Below are positions 37,377-47,218 of a DNA stretch of 64,000 bases, piece by piece; the first letter of the stretch is position 1, and every line of letters starts with the position of its first letter. This stretch comes from Bacteroidia bacterium (GTDB lineage Bacteria; Bacteroidota; Bacteroidia; Bacteroidales; VadinHA17), in assembly GCA_026391215.1 (NCBI GenBank), contig JAPLDX010000034.1:1-64000 (forward strand). The letters are read 5' to 3'. Below the pieces are notes generated by a model. It saw only the letters and a program-made list of their open reading frames with translations, ran no database searches and was not told the origin of the DNA. A program made the position numbers and the translations under genes.

Positions 37377-40047
37377 TTCTTTCATCCCTGGTAGTATTGA
37401 TCCTGAATAATTTAAAAATATCAACCACCACGATTGGTATAAGCGACATCAGGGCGACAATAATCCAGTGTTTCCCGTCCAGTGCTGTGAGACTGAAAGC
37501 TTCACGCACGGGAGGTATCAGGAGAACAATCAGAGCTAATCCTGCAGATGCAAGGATTGCACCTATAAGAGGTTTGTTCCTGAACAGGCTTATTGCAAGC
37601 GATGACCTGGTATTGTAATGCAGGTTGCGTACATGTACAAGTTGCACAAATATAAGTGTGGCAAAAGCCATAGTCTGCCCCAGCGATTCACCTCCTTCGC
37701 GCAGTCCCATAATGTAGGCGACAAGGGGTATGGCACCGATCATTACCCCCTGGTACATGATCCTCCATATCATGCCATTGGTCATAAATCCCTTTTTTGA
37801 ATTACGGGGCTTCCGGTTCATAATGTTGTCTTCAGCCGGATCGACGCTTAATGCAAGCGCAGGCAGACTGTCGGTCACCAGGTTTACCCAGAGAATATGG
37901 ATTGGCAGCAGAGGCGCACCAAGGTTAAATACTGAAGTAATAAGCAGCAGGAATATTTCACCGATGTTTGTGGATAGCAGAAACTGAATAGCCTTAAGGA
38001 TATTATCATAAATCCGCCTTCCCTCTTCGACTGCTGAAACTATTGTTGCAAAATTGTCATCGGTGAGGATCATATCAGCAGCGCCCTTTGCCACATCAGT
38101 TCCGACAATTCCCATTGCAGCTCCGATGTCAGCCTGCTTTAGGGCAGGAGCATCGTTTACCCCATCACCTGTCATGGCCACAACCTCGTTATGTTTCTGC
38201 CATGCTTTAATTATGCGAACCTTATGTTCAGGGGCAACTCTGGCATATACTGAATATCTGGCTACATTCTCATAGAAATCCTCATCATTGAGCTTTTCAA
38301 GTTCGGCGCCTGTAATTGCACTATCTTCATCCTTATAAATTCCAATCTCGCGGGCAATTGCCAGTGCTGTGATTTTATGGTCACCGGTTATCATTACCGG
38401 CCTGATACCTGCTGTATTGCATTTTGAAACAGCCTCAATAACTTCAGGTCTGGCGGGATCAATCATTCCAAGCAAGCCAATGAAAATGAGCCTGTTCTCA
38501 AGTTCTCCTATATGAACATCCTGCGGTGCCTCGGGCAGATCCCTGTAAGCCATGGCCAGTACACGCAATGCCGAATTTGCCATGTTCTCATTTGCCTTTC
38601 TGATCATGTCTGTATCGTCAGAAGTAATAGGCCTTATTTCACCCTTAATAATTATCTTGTCGCACACGCTGAGTACTTCGTCAAGACCTCCTTTTACATT
38701 TATCCTTGTATTCTTATCAGATATTCTGTTGACGGTCGTCATTCGTTTTCTTCCTGAATCAAAAGGAATTTCAGCGATCCTTGGTAATCTCTTTTCAAGA
38801 TCATCCTTGTAGATACCGTAAAGAATACCAAAATCAAGCAAGGCTGTTTCAGTCGGATCACCTGTATATTCAATTTTACCATTATCATTCACCCTGTACT
38901 GGGCATCAGCGCACAAAACCGATATTGAAATAAGTCTTTTTTCCTCTTCATTCAGTATGGTAGCAGGGGCCGCCCTTTTAATCACATCTTTTTTATGGTT
39001 GACATAAGCTTCAACCACTGTCATTTTGTTCTGGGTAAGAGTCCCTGTCTTATCGGAGCAGATAACTGTTGCACTTCCAAGAGTCTCAACAGAAGGTAGC
39101 GTACGGATTATTGCATTCCTTTTTACCATACGCTGAACACCAATTGCCAGGACTACGGTCGAAACAGCCGGGAGGCCCTCAGGAATTGCTGCAACGGCAA
39201 GACTGACAGCTGTCATGAACATGCTTAAAACAGAATTGCCATAGAGCACTCCTACAAGAAAGATCACAGCACAGATTATGAGTGCTGCAATGCCCAGGAC
39301 CTTTCCAAGCTGCTCCAGACGCCTGCTCATAGGCGTTTCCGTATCTGTTGCCTGTTGCAGCATATCTGCGATTTTCCCCACCTCAGTATTCATACCTGTT
39401 GTAACAACTACACCACGACCCCGTCCATAGGTCACCATGCCGCTCGAAAAAGCCATATTTATACGATCTCCAAGCGCAACATCATCACCCGGCAAAAGAG
39501 CTGTCTGCTTATCTACAGGTACAGATTCACCGGTCAAAGATGATTCCTGGATTTTCAGGTTGACCGCTTCTGTGAGCCTCAGATCTGCGGGAATGATAGC
39601 CCCGGTCTCAAGAATTACAACATCACCAGGCACCAGCTCCCTGGTAGGAATCTCCATAATAACACCATTGCGTAATACCTTTGTTTCCGGAGCCGCAAGA
39701 TTTTTGAGAGCCTCAAGGGATGATTCTGCCTTTCGCTCCTGGAAAGCTCCAACTAATGCATTCAGGATCAGAATGCCAAGTATAATAAATGTATCGAGCA
39801 GGCCTTCTCCTTCCATAACACCTACAACTCCGGATATTGCCGCGGCAATCAGAAGAATTATTATCATGAAGCTTTTAAACTGGGCTATGAACATCCGGAA
39901 GAAGCTTTTCTTCCGTTTTGAGGTCAGCTGGTTATATCCGTATTCCTCAATTCTCCTGCCTGCCTCTTCTAATGACAAACCAGTAGTCTGAGCTGTTTTA
40001 AAGCTTGCGAATATTTCGCTTATCTCCTGGTTATAGAATTTTGCCAT
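37369..40047 (-). CDS. Calcium-translocating P-type ATPase (type IIA)
   Basis: TGES, AAIPEGL, ICSDKTGTLT, KGG, MITGD, TGDGVNDAPALK, LWVNLVTD. Confidence 0.95.
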   Translation of the reverse strand: MAKFYNQEISEIFASFKTAQTTGLSLEEAGRRIEEYGYNQLTSKRKKSFFRMFIAQFKSFMIIILLIAAAISGVVGVMEGEGLLDTFIILGILILNALVGAFQERKAESSLEALKNLAAPETKVLRNGVIMEIPTRELVPGDVVILETGAIIPADLRLTEAVNLKIQESSLTGESVPVDKQTALLPGDDVALGDRINMAFSSGMVTYGRGRGVVVTTGMNTEVGKIADMLQQATDTETPMSRRLEQLGKVLGIAALIICAVIFLVGVLYGNSVLSMFMTAVSLAVAAIPEGLPAVSTVVLAIGVQRMVKRNAIIRTLPSVETLGSATVICSDKTGTLTQNKMTVVEAYVNHKKDVIKRAAPATILNEEEKRLISISVLCADAQYRVNDNGKIEYTGDPTETALLDFGILYGIYKDDLEKRLPRIAEIPFDSGRKRMTTVNRISDKNTRINVKGGLDEVLSVCDKIIIKGEIRPITSDDTDMIRKANENMANSALRVLAMAYRDLPEAPQDVHIGELENRLIFIGLLGMIDPARPEVIEAVSKCNTAGIRPVMITGDHKITALAIAREIGIYKDEDSAITGAELEKLNDEDFYENVARYSVYARVAPEHKVRIIKAWQKHNEVVAMTGDGVNDAPALKQADIGAAMGIVGTDVAKGAADMILTDDNFATIVSAVEEGRRIYDNILKAIQFLLSTNIGEIFLLLITSVFNLGAPLLPIHILWVNLVTDSLPALALSVDPAEDNIMNRKPRNSKKGFMTNGMIWRIMYQGVMIGAIPLVAYIMGLREGGESLGQTMAFATLIFVQLVHVRNLHYNTRSSLAISLFRNKPLIGAILASAGLALIVLLIPPVREAFSLTALDGKHWIIVALMSLIPIVVVDIFKLFRINTTRDERNG

Positions 40048-40177
40048 ACGAAGATTGGTTTAAAAAATAGGCAGGCAAATATAAAATCTGCCGCAAAACT
40101 ATGCAAAAAACATAGTTGGATTAATCCAATCAGAATATTTTTTGAAGGTACTAGTTTAACAATAACCAGATCCTTCT

Positions 40178-41287
40178 TTATTTACCGCTTATCAAAGCCT
40201 CTATCGTTTCTTTTGATGGTTTATTGGGAATTGTAGCCACGACCTCTCCTTTATATTCAAAAACTTCCTTATCATCAGAAGTAACTTCTCCGATGACAGC
40301 GACATTATCGGTTTTGGTTTTTATGGCCCGCAATACTTCATCGACGAATTCCGGTGCTACATGAACCACATACCTGGCCTGTGTTTCGCATATTAAAACT
40401 TCCTGTGCGATAATATCCTTGACCGAAACAGGCACTGCGGAAAGATTTATTCTGGCTCCAAGACCGCCGTACCTTGCTGATTCGCATATTGCGGCTCCGA
40501 TCCCGGCTGCACCCAAATCAGAACAGGCTTTTATTTTTCCCGTACCAAAAGCAGCCATTGCTGCTTCCAGGGCGATCTTTTCCTCTTTGAACAAAGCAAT
40601 AGCAGGGCGCATTTCTTTTACAACGCCGGCTCTGTAAAGTGTATCGTTGCCATCATTCCCTGTAACACCGATAATGATTATCTTATCGCCAGCATTTTTT
40701 GCCGGTTTGGTAAGAGGCTTTTCAGTTACCAGCTTGCCGATTACAGAAACAACCACTGCAGGAACAATATCAGAAAACGATGTAGAGAATCCGCCTCCGA
40801 CTATGAACACTTCCATTGTCTCGCACATATCCCTTAAACCTTTTACCATTATGTTCACTCTTTCCCCGCTTGTCATAACCTTGCATTTCCCGCAGGTACA
40901 ATGTCCTTTAAATCCGCATGGACCTACAATGACTTCCTGATCAAGAGGTCTGGTCCCGATGAAATCGAGAAGAAAGATCGGTCGGCCGCCCATGGCGACA
41001 ACATCACGCATCGCACCTCCGGCGCCGGTTGCGGCAGCGTCATAGGGTCTGGGCACACAGGGTGAACAATGGCTTTCCATCTTGGCTACAACAAAACCTT
41101 CCATACCCGGAACCTGAAAGACCGCAGCATCATCGTTTTGTTCAGGACCTATCGTTAAAGCTCCGGGCCAGATCTTGTCAACCTGGCGATTTAATTCCTG
41201 AAAGCCCTTGAAATCAATTACTTTGTCAATGTTATGATGCAAATGGACAAACAGTCCGTGCATCAGCGCTTTTTCTATTGTGTTCAT
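40178..41287 (-). CDS. PurM/AIR-synthase-superfamily protein resembling only the N-terminal half of small PurL, with a Cys-rich insert
   Basis: GPEQNDDAAV, KMESHCSP, AATGAGGAMRDVVAMGGRP, TGNDG, DLGAAG, ETQAR; ends after ...VVATIP; insert CGFKGHCTCGKC. Confidence 0.8.
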   Translation of the reverse strand: MNTIEKALMHGLFVHLHHNIDKVIDFKGFQELNRQVDKIWPGALTIGPEQNDDAAVFQVPGMEGFVVAKMESHCSPCVPRPYDAAATGAGGAMRDVVAMGGRPIFLLDFIGTRPLDQEVIVGPCGFKGHCTCGKCKVMTSGERVNIMVKGLRDMCETMEVFIVGGGFSTSFSDIVPAVVVSVIGKLVTEKPLTKPAKNAGDKIIIIGVTGNDGNDTLYRAGVVKEMRPAIALFKEEKIALEAAMAAFGTGKIKACSDLGAAGIGAAICESARYGGLGARINLSAVPVSVKDIIAQEVLICETQARYVVHVAPEFVDEVLRAIKTKTDNVAVIGEVTSDDKEVFEYKGEVVATIPNKPSKETIEALISGK

Positions 41288-41360
41288 AATTCCTCCTTTT
41301 AATAAAAAATTTATAATTTGATTTAAATACTCTTTAATTAATCATCACAGAGATGTTAAA

Positions 41361-42929
41361 TTATTTAGTAACCACTCCTGTCAGATCAGGAAAATCAACT
41401 GAAGGCATGAAGCTGTATCTGGTATCAATTGATATTTTATCACCATCAAACCGGCAGGTAATTAATTCAGTATGCGGACTCTCAATATATCTCAGTGTCA
41501 GTTCAAGGCTCTTTTCATCTCTCCACCTGTAAATGCCGGCTGTCTGTACCGGTGGAATTCCTGCAAAATGTCCTTTCGCAGAAAGTAAAAGGTTAGGACC
41601 CGGCCTGGTCGTCATACCTTTGATCCAATCCTTGCTGCCGAAATTAAAATCATAGTTCTCTGCGTTGACTTCCATTTTAACCTGACAGGTCTCTTCTTCA
41701 AAACTGAGAGATAAGGATTTAAGATGTCTGTCATTTGGATCAATGATGTAAGTTTTACCTGAAATTTCAGTTTCCAGTTGTGAATCAATTCCTTCTGCAG
41801 GCAATTTAACTGCCAGGGCAGCAAGCATCTTTTTCAGTGTTTCATTCGAGGCATTGTCATCAGGAAGCGGCTCATCTTTTAATGCCGGCAATAAATATTC
41901 CCAGAGAAGATTTATTTCACCCTGCATATCGGGTGTTTCACAGGTTATTGCAATTACTGCATCTTTTTCCGGCATAACGATAATGTACTGGCCATAGGCT
42001 CCGTCACCGCGGAAAGCATTATGCCTGCAACGCCAGAACTGATAACAGTATCCCTGCATCCACTCGCTATTATTCCTTATTGAATCCGGTACCCCGGGTG
42101 CCTGGTCTATCTTGAAAGTAGTGGCTTCTGTGACCCATTCCTCAGGCAAGATCTGTTCGCCGTTCCATTTACCCTTCTGAAGATATAACTGGCCGAACCT
42201 GGCCATATCTTCCGTCTTGAGCCTTAATCCCCAGCCTCCGGTATTAATTCCCATGGGATCGGTTTCCCAGTCCATCCCGGATATCCCCAGCGGCTCAAAA
42301 AGGCGCGGAGTTAAATAATCAATAACTTTTTCTCCTGTAACTTTCTGAACAATAGCAGATAACATGTAAGTGGCCATTGAGTTGTACAGGAATTTTGTGC
42401 CAGGATCGTTAACTACTGGTCGTGCCAGGAAAGCTTTTACCCAGTTGGTATCGTTAGCTGGTATTATAGTAGTAGGATCAGGAACCTGACCGGCTGACAT
42501 AGTGAGAAGATCCTTTACCTCCATGTCAGCAAGGAACCGGCTTACAGTATCCGGAAGATATTCGGGGAAGAAGGAAATGACTTTATCATTTACAGTAAGC
42601 CGTTTTTCCGTAACAGCAAATCCTACTGCAGTAGATGTAAAGCTCTTGCTTGTTGAATAGAGAGTATGTTTAAGATCAGAGGCATAAGGTGACCACCATC
42701 CCTCAGCTATGACTTTCCCGTGCCTCAGGAACATGAAGCTGTGAAATTCATGAGGACCCATTTCTGCAGCTTTCAGAAATTCAATGATCCCTTTGGAATC
42801 AACTCCTTCAGCTTCAGGAATACTCCTGGGAAGCTGGCCTGTAACTTGTTCTTTCGAAGCATTATTGCATGCAAATAACAGCAGCGTCAGAATAACTGCA
42901 AACAAAATTCTCTTTAAAGTAAATCTCAT
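41361..42929 (-). CDS. Serine hydrolase (beta-lactamase class C-like) lipoprotein
   Basis: Lipobox LFAC; SxxK (STSK), DLLTMSAG, FLYNS, DMARFGQLYL, FRGDGAYGQ. Confidence 0.9.
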   Translation of the reverse strand: MRFTLKRILFAVILTLLLFACNNASKEQVTGQLPRSIPEAEGVDSKGIIEFLKAAEMGPHEFHSFMFLRHGKVIAEGWWSPYASDLKHTLYSTSKSFTSTAVGFAVTEKRLTVNDKVISFFPEYLPDTVSRFLADMEVKDLLTMSAGQVPDPTTIIPANDTNWVKAFLARPVVNDPGTKFLYNSMATYMLSAIVQKVTGEKVIDYLTPRLFEPLGISGMDWETDPMGINTGGWGLRLKTEDMARFGQLYLQKGKWNGEQILPEEWVTEATTFKIDQAPGVPDSIRNNSEWMQGYCYQFWRCRHNAFRGDGAYGQYIIVMPEKDAVIAITCETPDMQGEINLLWEYLLPALKDEPLPDDNASNETLKKMLAALAVKLPAEGIDSQLETEISGKTYIIDPNDRHLKSLSLSFEEETCQVKMEVNAENYDFNFGSKDWIKGMTTRPGPNLLLSAKGHFAGIPPVQTAGIYRWRDEKSLELTLRYIESPHTELITCRFDGDKISIDTRYSFMPSVDFPDLTGVVTK

Positions 42930-42933
42930 ATTA

Positions 42934-43341
42934 TCAGTAATTTATTTTTAGGATTATCTTTTTAGAGGCATTGAATTCAAAAAGCCATTCATTGAATGGT
43001 TTTGGACCGAACATCCCATAAGCGTCATTAGAAAATCCATATCCTTCAGTAGGAATTCCAAGGTTATTTGTATCCAGGGCTCCATTACCGTTTTCATCAT
43101 GAAAATATCTGACCGCATATTTCCCCGGTTTAAGATCCTCAATGATTATTGTGCATTTCTTTTCTACGATAATACTCATTTCCTGTCTTATAACTTCCTC
43201 ATTTTCATTGAATAACTGAAGCATTATCACATTTTCATCATTACGGATACCAAGTATCTCAATTCTAAGAGTATCCTGTGACATTGCAATGTTCGAAATC
43301 ATGATCAATGCGAAAAAGGCGAAAAATAATCTTTTCATCAT
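42934..43341 (-). CDS. DUF2141 family secreted protein
   Basis: LKPGKYAVRYFHDENGNGALDTNNLGIPTEGYGFSND...FGP. Confidence 0.9.
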   Translation of the reverse strand: MMKRLFFAFFALIMISNIAMSQDTLRIEILGIRNDENVIMLQLFNENEEVIRQEMSIIVEKKCTIIIEDLKPGKYAVRYFHDENGNGALDTNNLGIPTEGYGFSNDAYGMFGPKPFNEWLFEFNASKKIILKINY

Positions 43342-43396
43342 AGGGAATGGGATTTAAGATCAGAAATAAAAATACGATTCCCTGTGGATTATTTTA

Positions 43397-43585
43397 TTAA
43401 AAGATAAAAATATCTTCAATTTTAGTATTAAAAACCCTTGCAATATCATAAGCAAGCCTCAGCGAAGGATTGTATTTATTCTTCTCTAGAAAAACAATTG
43501 TTTCCCGTCTGACATTTACCTTTTTAGCCAGATCTTCCTGGGTAAGATTGAATCTTGCCCGGTATTCCTTAATCCTGTTATTCAT
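43397..43585 (-). CDS. XRE-family HTH transcriptional regulator
   Basis: [43 protein letters not shown]. Confidence 0.92.
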   Translation of the reverse strand: MNNRIKEYRARFNLTQEDLAKKVNVRRETIVFLEKNKYNPSLRLAYDIARVFNTKIEDIFIF

Positions 43586-43976
43586 TTTTAAGACCTGTGA
43601 AGTTGAAGATTAACCAGCAAATGGCAAAAATAACGGCCATACCCAGTATCCCTGCACCAATAATAGTATGAGTTTCATAATGAAGATTGTCCGAAAAATA
43701 CATTATGGCAAGCCATAGGTAAAGCGAAATATAATATGACAGTGAAGATGTCCTCCGCATTACTTTTTTTGATAATTCATCTTCAGCAGGTTCCCCTCTT
43801 TTTGCACTGGTTAGTCTTTTAATGCCTACAAAAACTGCAAATGCAACAACAAGGAACATAACGCCAAAGCTTACAATATCAACCGGCGTGAATTTGCCTG
43901 ATGAGGAATAAATCCACAGACCTACAGTGCCAAGCACCAGTGCTGCTAAAACAAAAACGATAATTGCTTTTTTCAT
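43578..43976 (-). CDS. 4-TM membrane protein (DUF2178-like), XRE partner
   Basis: Four hydrophobic segments with central GEPAEDELS; overlaps the HTH start. Confidence 0.7.
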   Translation of the reverse strand: MKKAIIVFVLAALVLGTVGLWIYSSSGKFTPVDIVSFGVMFLVVAFAVFVGIKRLTSAKRGEPAEDELSKKVMRRTSSLSYYISLYLWLAIMYFSDNLHYETHTIIGAGILGMAVIFAICWLIFNFTGLKNE

Positions 43977-43990
43977 ATCTGTAATTATTA

Positions 43991-44027
43991 GTTAAGTAAT
44001 TCTAACACAAAGTTAGAAATAAATAAC
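43991..44027 (-). promoter_or_regulatory. Two GTTA-N8-TAAC palindromes around a perfect -7 box (probable XRE auto-repression operator)
   Basis: GTTAagtaattcTAAC 43991-44006; GTTAgaaataaaTAAC 44012-44027; TAACTTTG on minus strand at 44008-44015. Confidence 0.65.
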
Positions 44028-44247
44028 ATTAACTTCCAAATATTTTTCAATATATTTTATATTTTTTTTCCACGAAGGGCACAAAGGAGATAGTGGTTGT
44101 CAATCTTGAGTGTGGACTGGCATTGTAAACCTGACAGATTCAAAGAAATGAAACTGATTATTACAACAGACTGTAATATTGTTTTTTTTTCATTAGGGAA
44201 AAGGGACATACGATTGCATATACCTTATTATTTAAGAAATGAATTAA

Positions 44248-44640
44248 TTACTTCTTCAGCAGATCGCGGATCTCTGTAAGAAGAATTTCATCGTTTGGTA
44301 CAGCCGGTGGTGCTGAGGGTTTTGCTTCTTCCTTCTTCTTGGCAGCATTAATTGCTTTAATGACAAGAAAAACAGCAAGTGCGACAATCAGAAAATCAAA
44401 ACATACCTGCAGAAAATTACCGTAATTCCACCATACTTCTTTTGCCGGATTCATGTTTATATCAAGTTTCAGGTCGGTGAAGTTAACACCGCCGATCAGC
44501 AACCCCAGGGGTGGCATGATGATGTCACTCACAAGGGAAGATACAATTTTGCCGAAAGCAGCTCCGATAATTATACCTACAGCCATATCGGTAACGTTGC
44601 CTTTCAATGCGAAGGCCTTAAATTCATCAACTAGTTTCAT
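44248..44640 (-). CDS. mscL: Large-conductance mechanosensitive channel
   Basis: [54 protein letters not shown]. Confidence 0.97.
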   Translation of the reverse strand: MKLVDEFKAFALKGNVTDMAVGIIIGAAFGKIVSSLVSDIIMPPLGLLIGGVNFTDLKLDINMNPAKEVWWNYGNFLQVCFDFLIVALAVFLVIKAINAAKKKEEAKPSAPPAVPNDEILLTEIRDLLKK

Positions 44641-44666
44641 AGTAATTAGTTATTGATTAATGGTTA

Positions 44667-45623
44667 TTAGAATTTATACGAGAATCCGACGCCAAATATC
44701 TCTTTGAACTGTACTCTTTTCCCTGGTATATCTTCCGGACCTGATACATTTCCATCATTGTTTCTATCGACCTGGATCAGTATATTATCATCATAAATAA
44801 GAACGGTGTTTAAACTGACAGAAATATATTTATTAACCTTCATGGCAACTAAGTTTTCCCAGTTGATATCTATATTCTGAGGATTATCAAGGTAGTTTGA
44901 AAACAGATCTATTTTAGTGGTGAAAGAAACATTTTTAAGAATTTCATTTTTAAAATCATTCTTAGAATAGATGACCCTAATATAACCTCCGAATTCACTT
45001 TTTATCTTTTCTCCCGGGGTAACACCAAATGCGCCTGCATCGGAAAGCAACTGATCGTTAACAAATGTAAATTTAACTGTAAGCGGTGCAATAAATGCGC
45101 TGAAATACCCATTAGGTTTATAGTCCATCCCAAGAGCGCCTAAAAGATAGGCTGGAGAAAAAAGGTTTGATATTTTTACAGAATCATTTGGATAATTATA
45201 TCCGGGAGTCATTTGTGTTTTAAAGTTTAAAAGTGCAGCATAATAAAAATTTTTAAACGCTTCCTGTCCATATTTCGACAAAAAATCAATTTTATCATCA
45301 GTCTTCATCGGGTCAGTACCCTTACCCTGTTTTAAAATACCATAACCCATATCAAGCAAGTTGTCCCAGCGGGATTTCCCTTTTGTAAGGTTGGCGAATA
45401 CACTGAACATGCCATTTACTGCAACGGAGTTTTGACCGCCGGCTGCCCAGTTTTTCAATGAAGTCTGTGCCAGGTTAACGGAAAAGATTCCTCCTGTTTT
45501 CCAGCCCTGGGTGGTATCGGCTGTTTGTGTGCGCAGGTTTTTTTCACCTTCTGTTACCTGTCCGAAAGCCAGGATGCTGAAGATTGAAAATATAGTTACC
45601 AGTGCAATGAATTTATTTTTCAT
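44667..45623 (-). CDS. DUF3078 family outer-membrane protein
   Basis: NWAAGG, KTDDK, NFKTQ, DLFSNYLDNP, DINWE, MKVNKYIS, QFKEIFGVGFSYKF. Confidence 0.88.
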   Translation of the reverse strand: MKNKFIALVTIFSIFSILAFGQVTEGEKNLRTQTADTTQGWKTGGIFSVNLAQTSLKNWAAGGQNSVAVNGMFSVFANLTKGKSRWDNLLDMGYGILKQGKGTDPMKTDDKIDFLSKYGQEAFKNFYYAALLNFKTQMTPGYNYPNDSVKISNLFSPAYLLGALGMDYKPNGYFSAFIAPLTVKFTFVNDQLLSDAGAFGVTPGEKIKSEFGGYIRVIYSKNDFKNEILKNVSFTTKIDLFSNYLDNPQNIDINWENLVAMKVNKYISVSLNTVLIYDDNILIQVDRNNDGNVSGPEDIPGKRVQFKEIFGVGFSYKF

Positions 45624-45648
45624 ATTTAGGTTTTTGGTTTAACATTTT

Positions 45649-45764
45649 GCGCTCCTCGACCAGATCGAAAATATTGTGAAGCTTATAAGGGCGAAAGGCA
45701 TTAGTGTCTTTTTGTAAAACAAAATCTGACATATATTCCAAACAGTGTTCTTGCACAATTGGGA
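45649..45764 (+). pseudogene. Internal fragment of a YjgR/DUF853 (HerA-like) ATPase gene
   Basis: ALLDQIENIVKLIRAKGISVF, a 1-nt frameshift in a T-run, then VKQNLTYIPNSVLAQLG; matches the family segment ALL..IE..V.LIRSKGVG.YF.TQNP.D.P..VL.QLG. Confidence 0.75.
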
Positions 45765-45788
45765 TACTTAAAAAAGTGATGTAAAATC

Positions 45789-46211
45789 TCAGTTTTTGAC
45801 CTTTATACTGTCGACCAGGTATTTTGAATCGCCTCTCCAGAAAACTGCTCCGTTTTTCTGCCTGTAATGCACAATGACATTATCCCCCTGAAGGGTATCA
45901 AATTGTCTTGTGAGGGATTTATTAGTAACTGTAAAAAGGAATTTTTCTGAAGCGAGTGCAATATCCCGTGTACTTGCAACACTGCTGAGGATCATCTCTC
46001 CTTCATAGGTTTTAAAGAATGTGCCCTTACTGGAAAACTTTTGCAGGAGGCCGGCCCTGTATCCTTCGCTGTATGTGTAGAAATACTTCCAGTAAATAAA
46101 AATTCCCAGGAATAAAACTATCAGGAACAACAGCCATTTAAAAAACCGTTTTGTCTTTTTCACTGTGCCTTTCCAGGCATCTGATTTGGTAAATGAAAAC
46201 AACGGGCTCAT
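45789..46211 (-). CDS. Conserved single-TM hypothetical protein
   Basis: TM helix then YSEGYRAGLLQKFSSKGTFFKTYEGEM...HY..WRGDSKY. Confidence 0.75.
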   Translation of the reverse strand: MSPLFSFTKSDAWKGTVKKTKRFFKWLLFLIVLFLGIFIYWKYFYTYSEGYRAGLLQKFSSKGTFFKTYEGEMILSSVASTRDIALASEKFLFTVTNKSLTRQFDTLQGDNVIVHYRQKNGAVFWRGDSKYLVDSIKVKN

Positions 46212-46389
46212 AACAGGTTTATTTAGAGAAGCAAAGGTAGTATTTTTTTAGATTAGATAGTTTTAGAATGATCAAAGTAAAAACAAAAAAATGAGGGGGT
46301 GAGTGGGAGAAAAACAGAGTGAGTTTGAGAGCAGGAGCGAGACTTACCGTGTTACTCGTGTCTAAATCTGTGTTACCCCGTGGTTAAAT

Positions 46390-47148
46390 TTATTTTTCAG
46401 CAATAACAAGCATTTCATAATCTTCAGTCGTCAGTTTATCTTTTCTGCTGAAGGCACCCAGCCTGCATCCGGATATATCTGAACGGCTGAATCCTATGGA
46501 CTTTAAGAGCCATGTTATTTCAGACGGTACATAATATCTCTCATTGCCGTTGAGTACCATTTTATTGCCTTTATCATCTTCAGTTTCATAAACTGAATAA
46601 TCCCTGAATGTCATCAGATCGAAATTGTTTTCAACTGATTTCCCCTGCTCCGAACCGGCATTCACAAAATCCTTAACGGAATGAAAAAGAGGATAAAGGC
46701 CATTCAGAGTTGAGAATATATATTTCCCTCCGGGTTTTAAAGATGAATAAGCATTCTTAAGGATCTGATAATTCATTTCATCGGTTTCCATCAGAGGAAA
46801 TGCACCCTCGCACATCATAATTGCCAGGTCATATTCTCCCTTGAAATCAAAATTTCGGGCATCCTTCTTAAGGAATTCAATTTTCAGATTCTCCTTTTGA
46901 GCAACTGATCTTGCTTTTTTAAGCTGTCCTTCCGAGAGATCAATCCCGGTTATATTTAAATATCCCCGCCTGGCAAGCTCAAGTGAATGTCTGCCAGTTC
47001 CGCATCCGATATCAAGGATTTTAGAGGATTTATTAAATCCGATCTCTTTTTCGATAAAATCAACTTCACCTTTGGTTCCAGTTGTATAGCTCTCTTTATC
47101 ATACTTTTCGGCATAATCCCGGAAAAATTCTTCGTACCACTGTTTCAT
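46390..47148 (-). CDS. Class I SAM-dependent methyltransferase
   Basis: ILDIGCGTGRHS, GIDLS, DAR, LKPGGK. Confidence 0.92.
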   Translation of the reverse strand: MKQWYEEFFRDYAEKYDKESYTTGTKGEVDFIEKEIGFNKSSKILDIGCGTGRHSLELARRGYLNITGIDLSEGQLKKARSVAQKENLKIEFLKKDARNFDFKGEYDLAIMMCEGAFPLMETDEMNYQILKNAYSSLKPGGKYIFSTLNGLYPLFHSVKDFVNAGSEQGKSVENNFDLMTFRDYSVYETEDDKGNKMVLNGNERYYVPSEITWLLKSIGFSRSDISGCRLGAFSRKDKLTTEDYEMLVIAEK

Positions 47149-47218
47149 TAGTTTGAATTTATATTATATCTAAATTGTCCGGTGTTCCGTGTACCGTATA
47201 CTTTGAACCCTGTATCGT

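Noticed and set aside
45789-46211. Dehydrogenase label that I recall being attached to this family
   Set aside because: 140 aa, single TM helix, no Rossmann motif.
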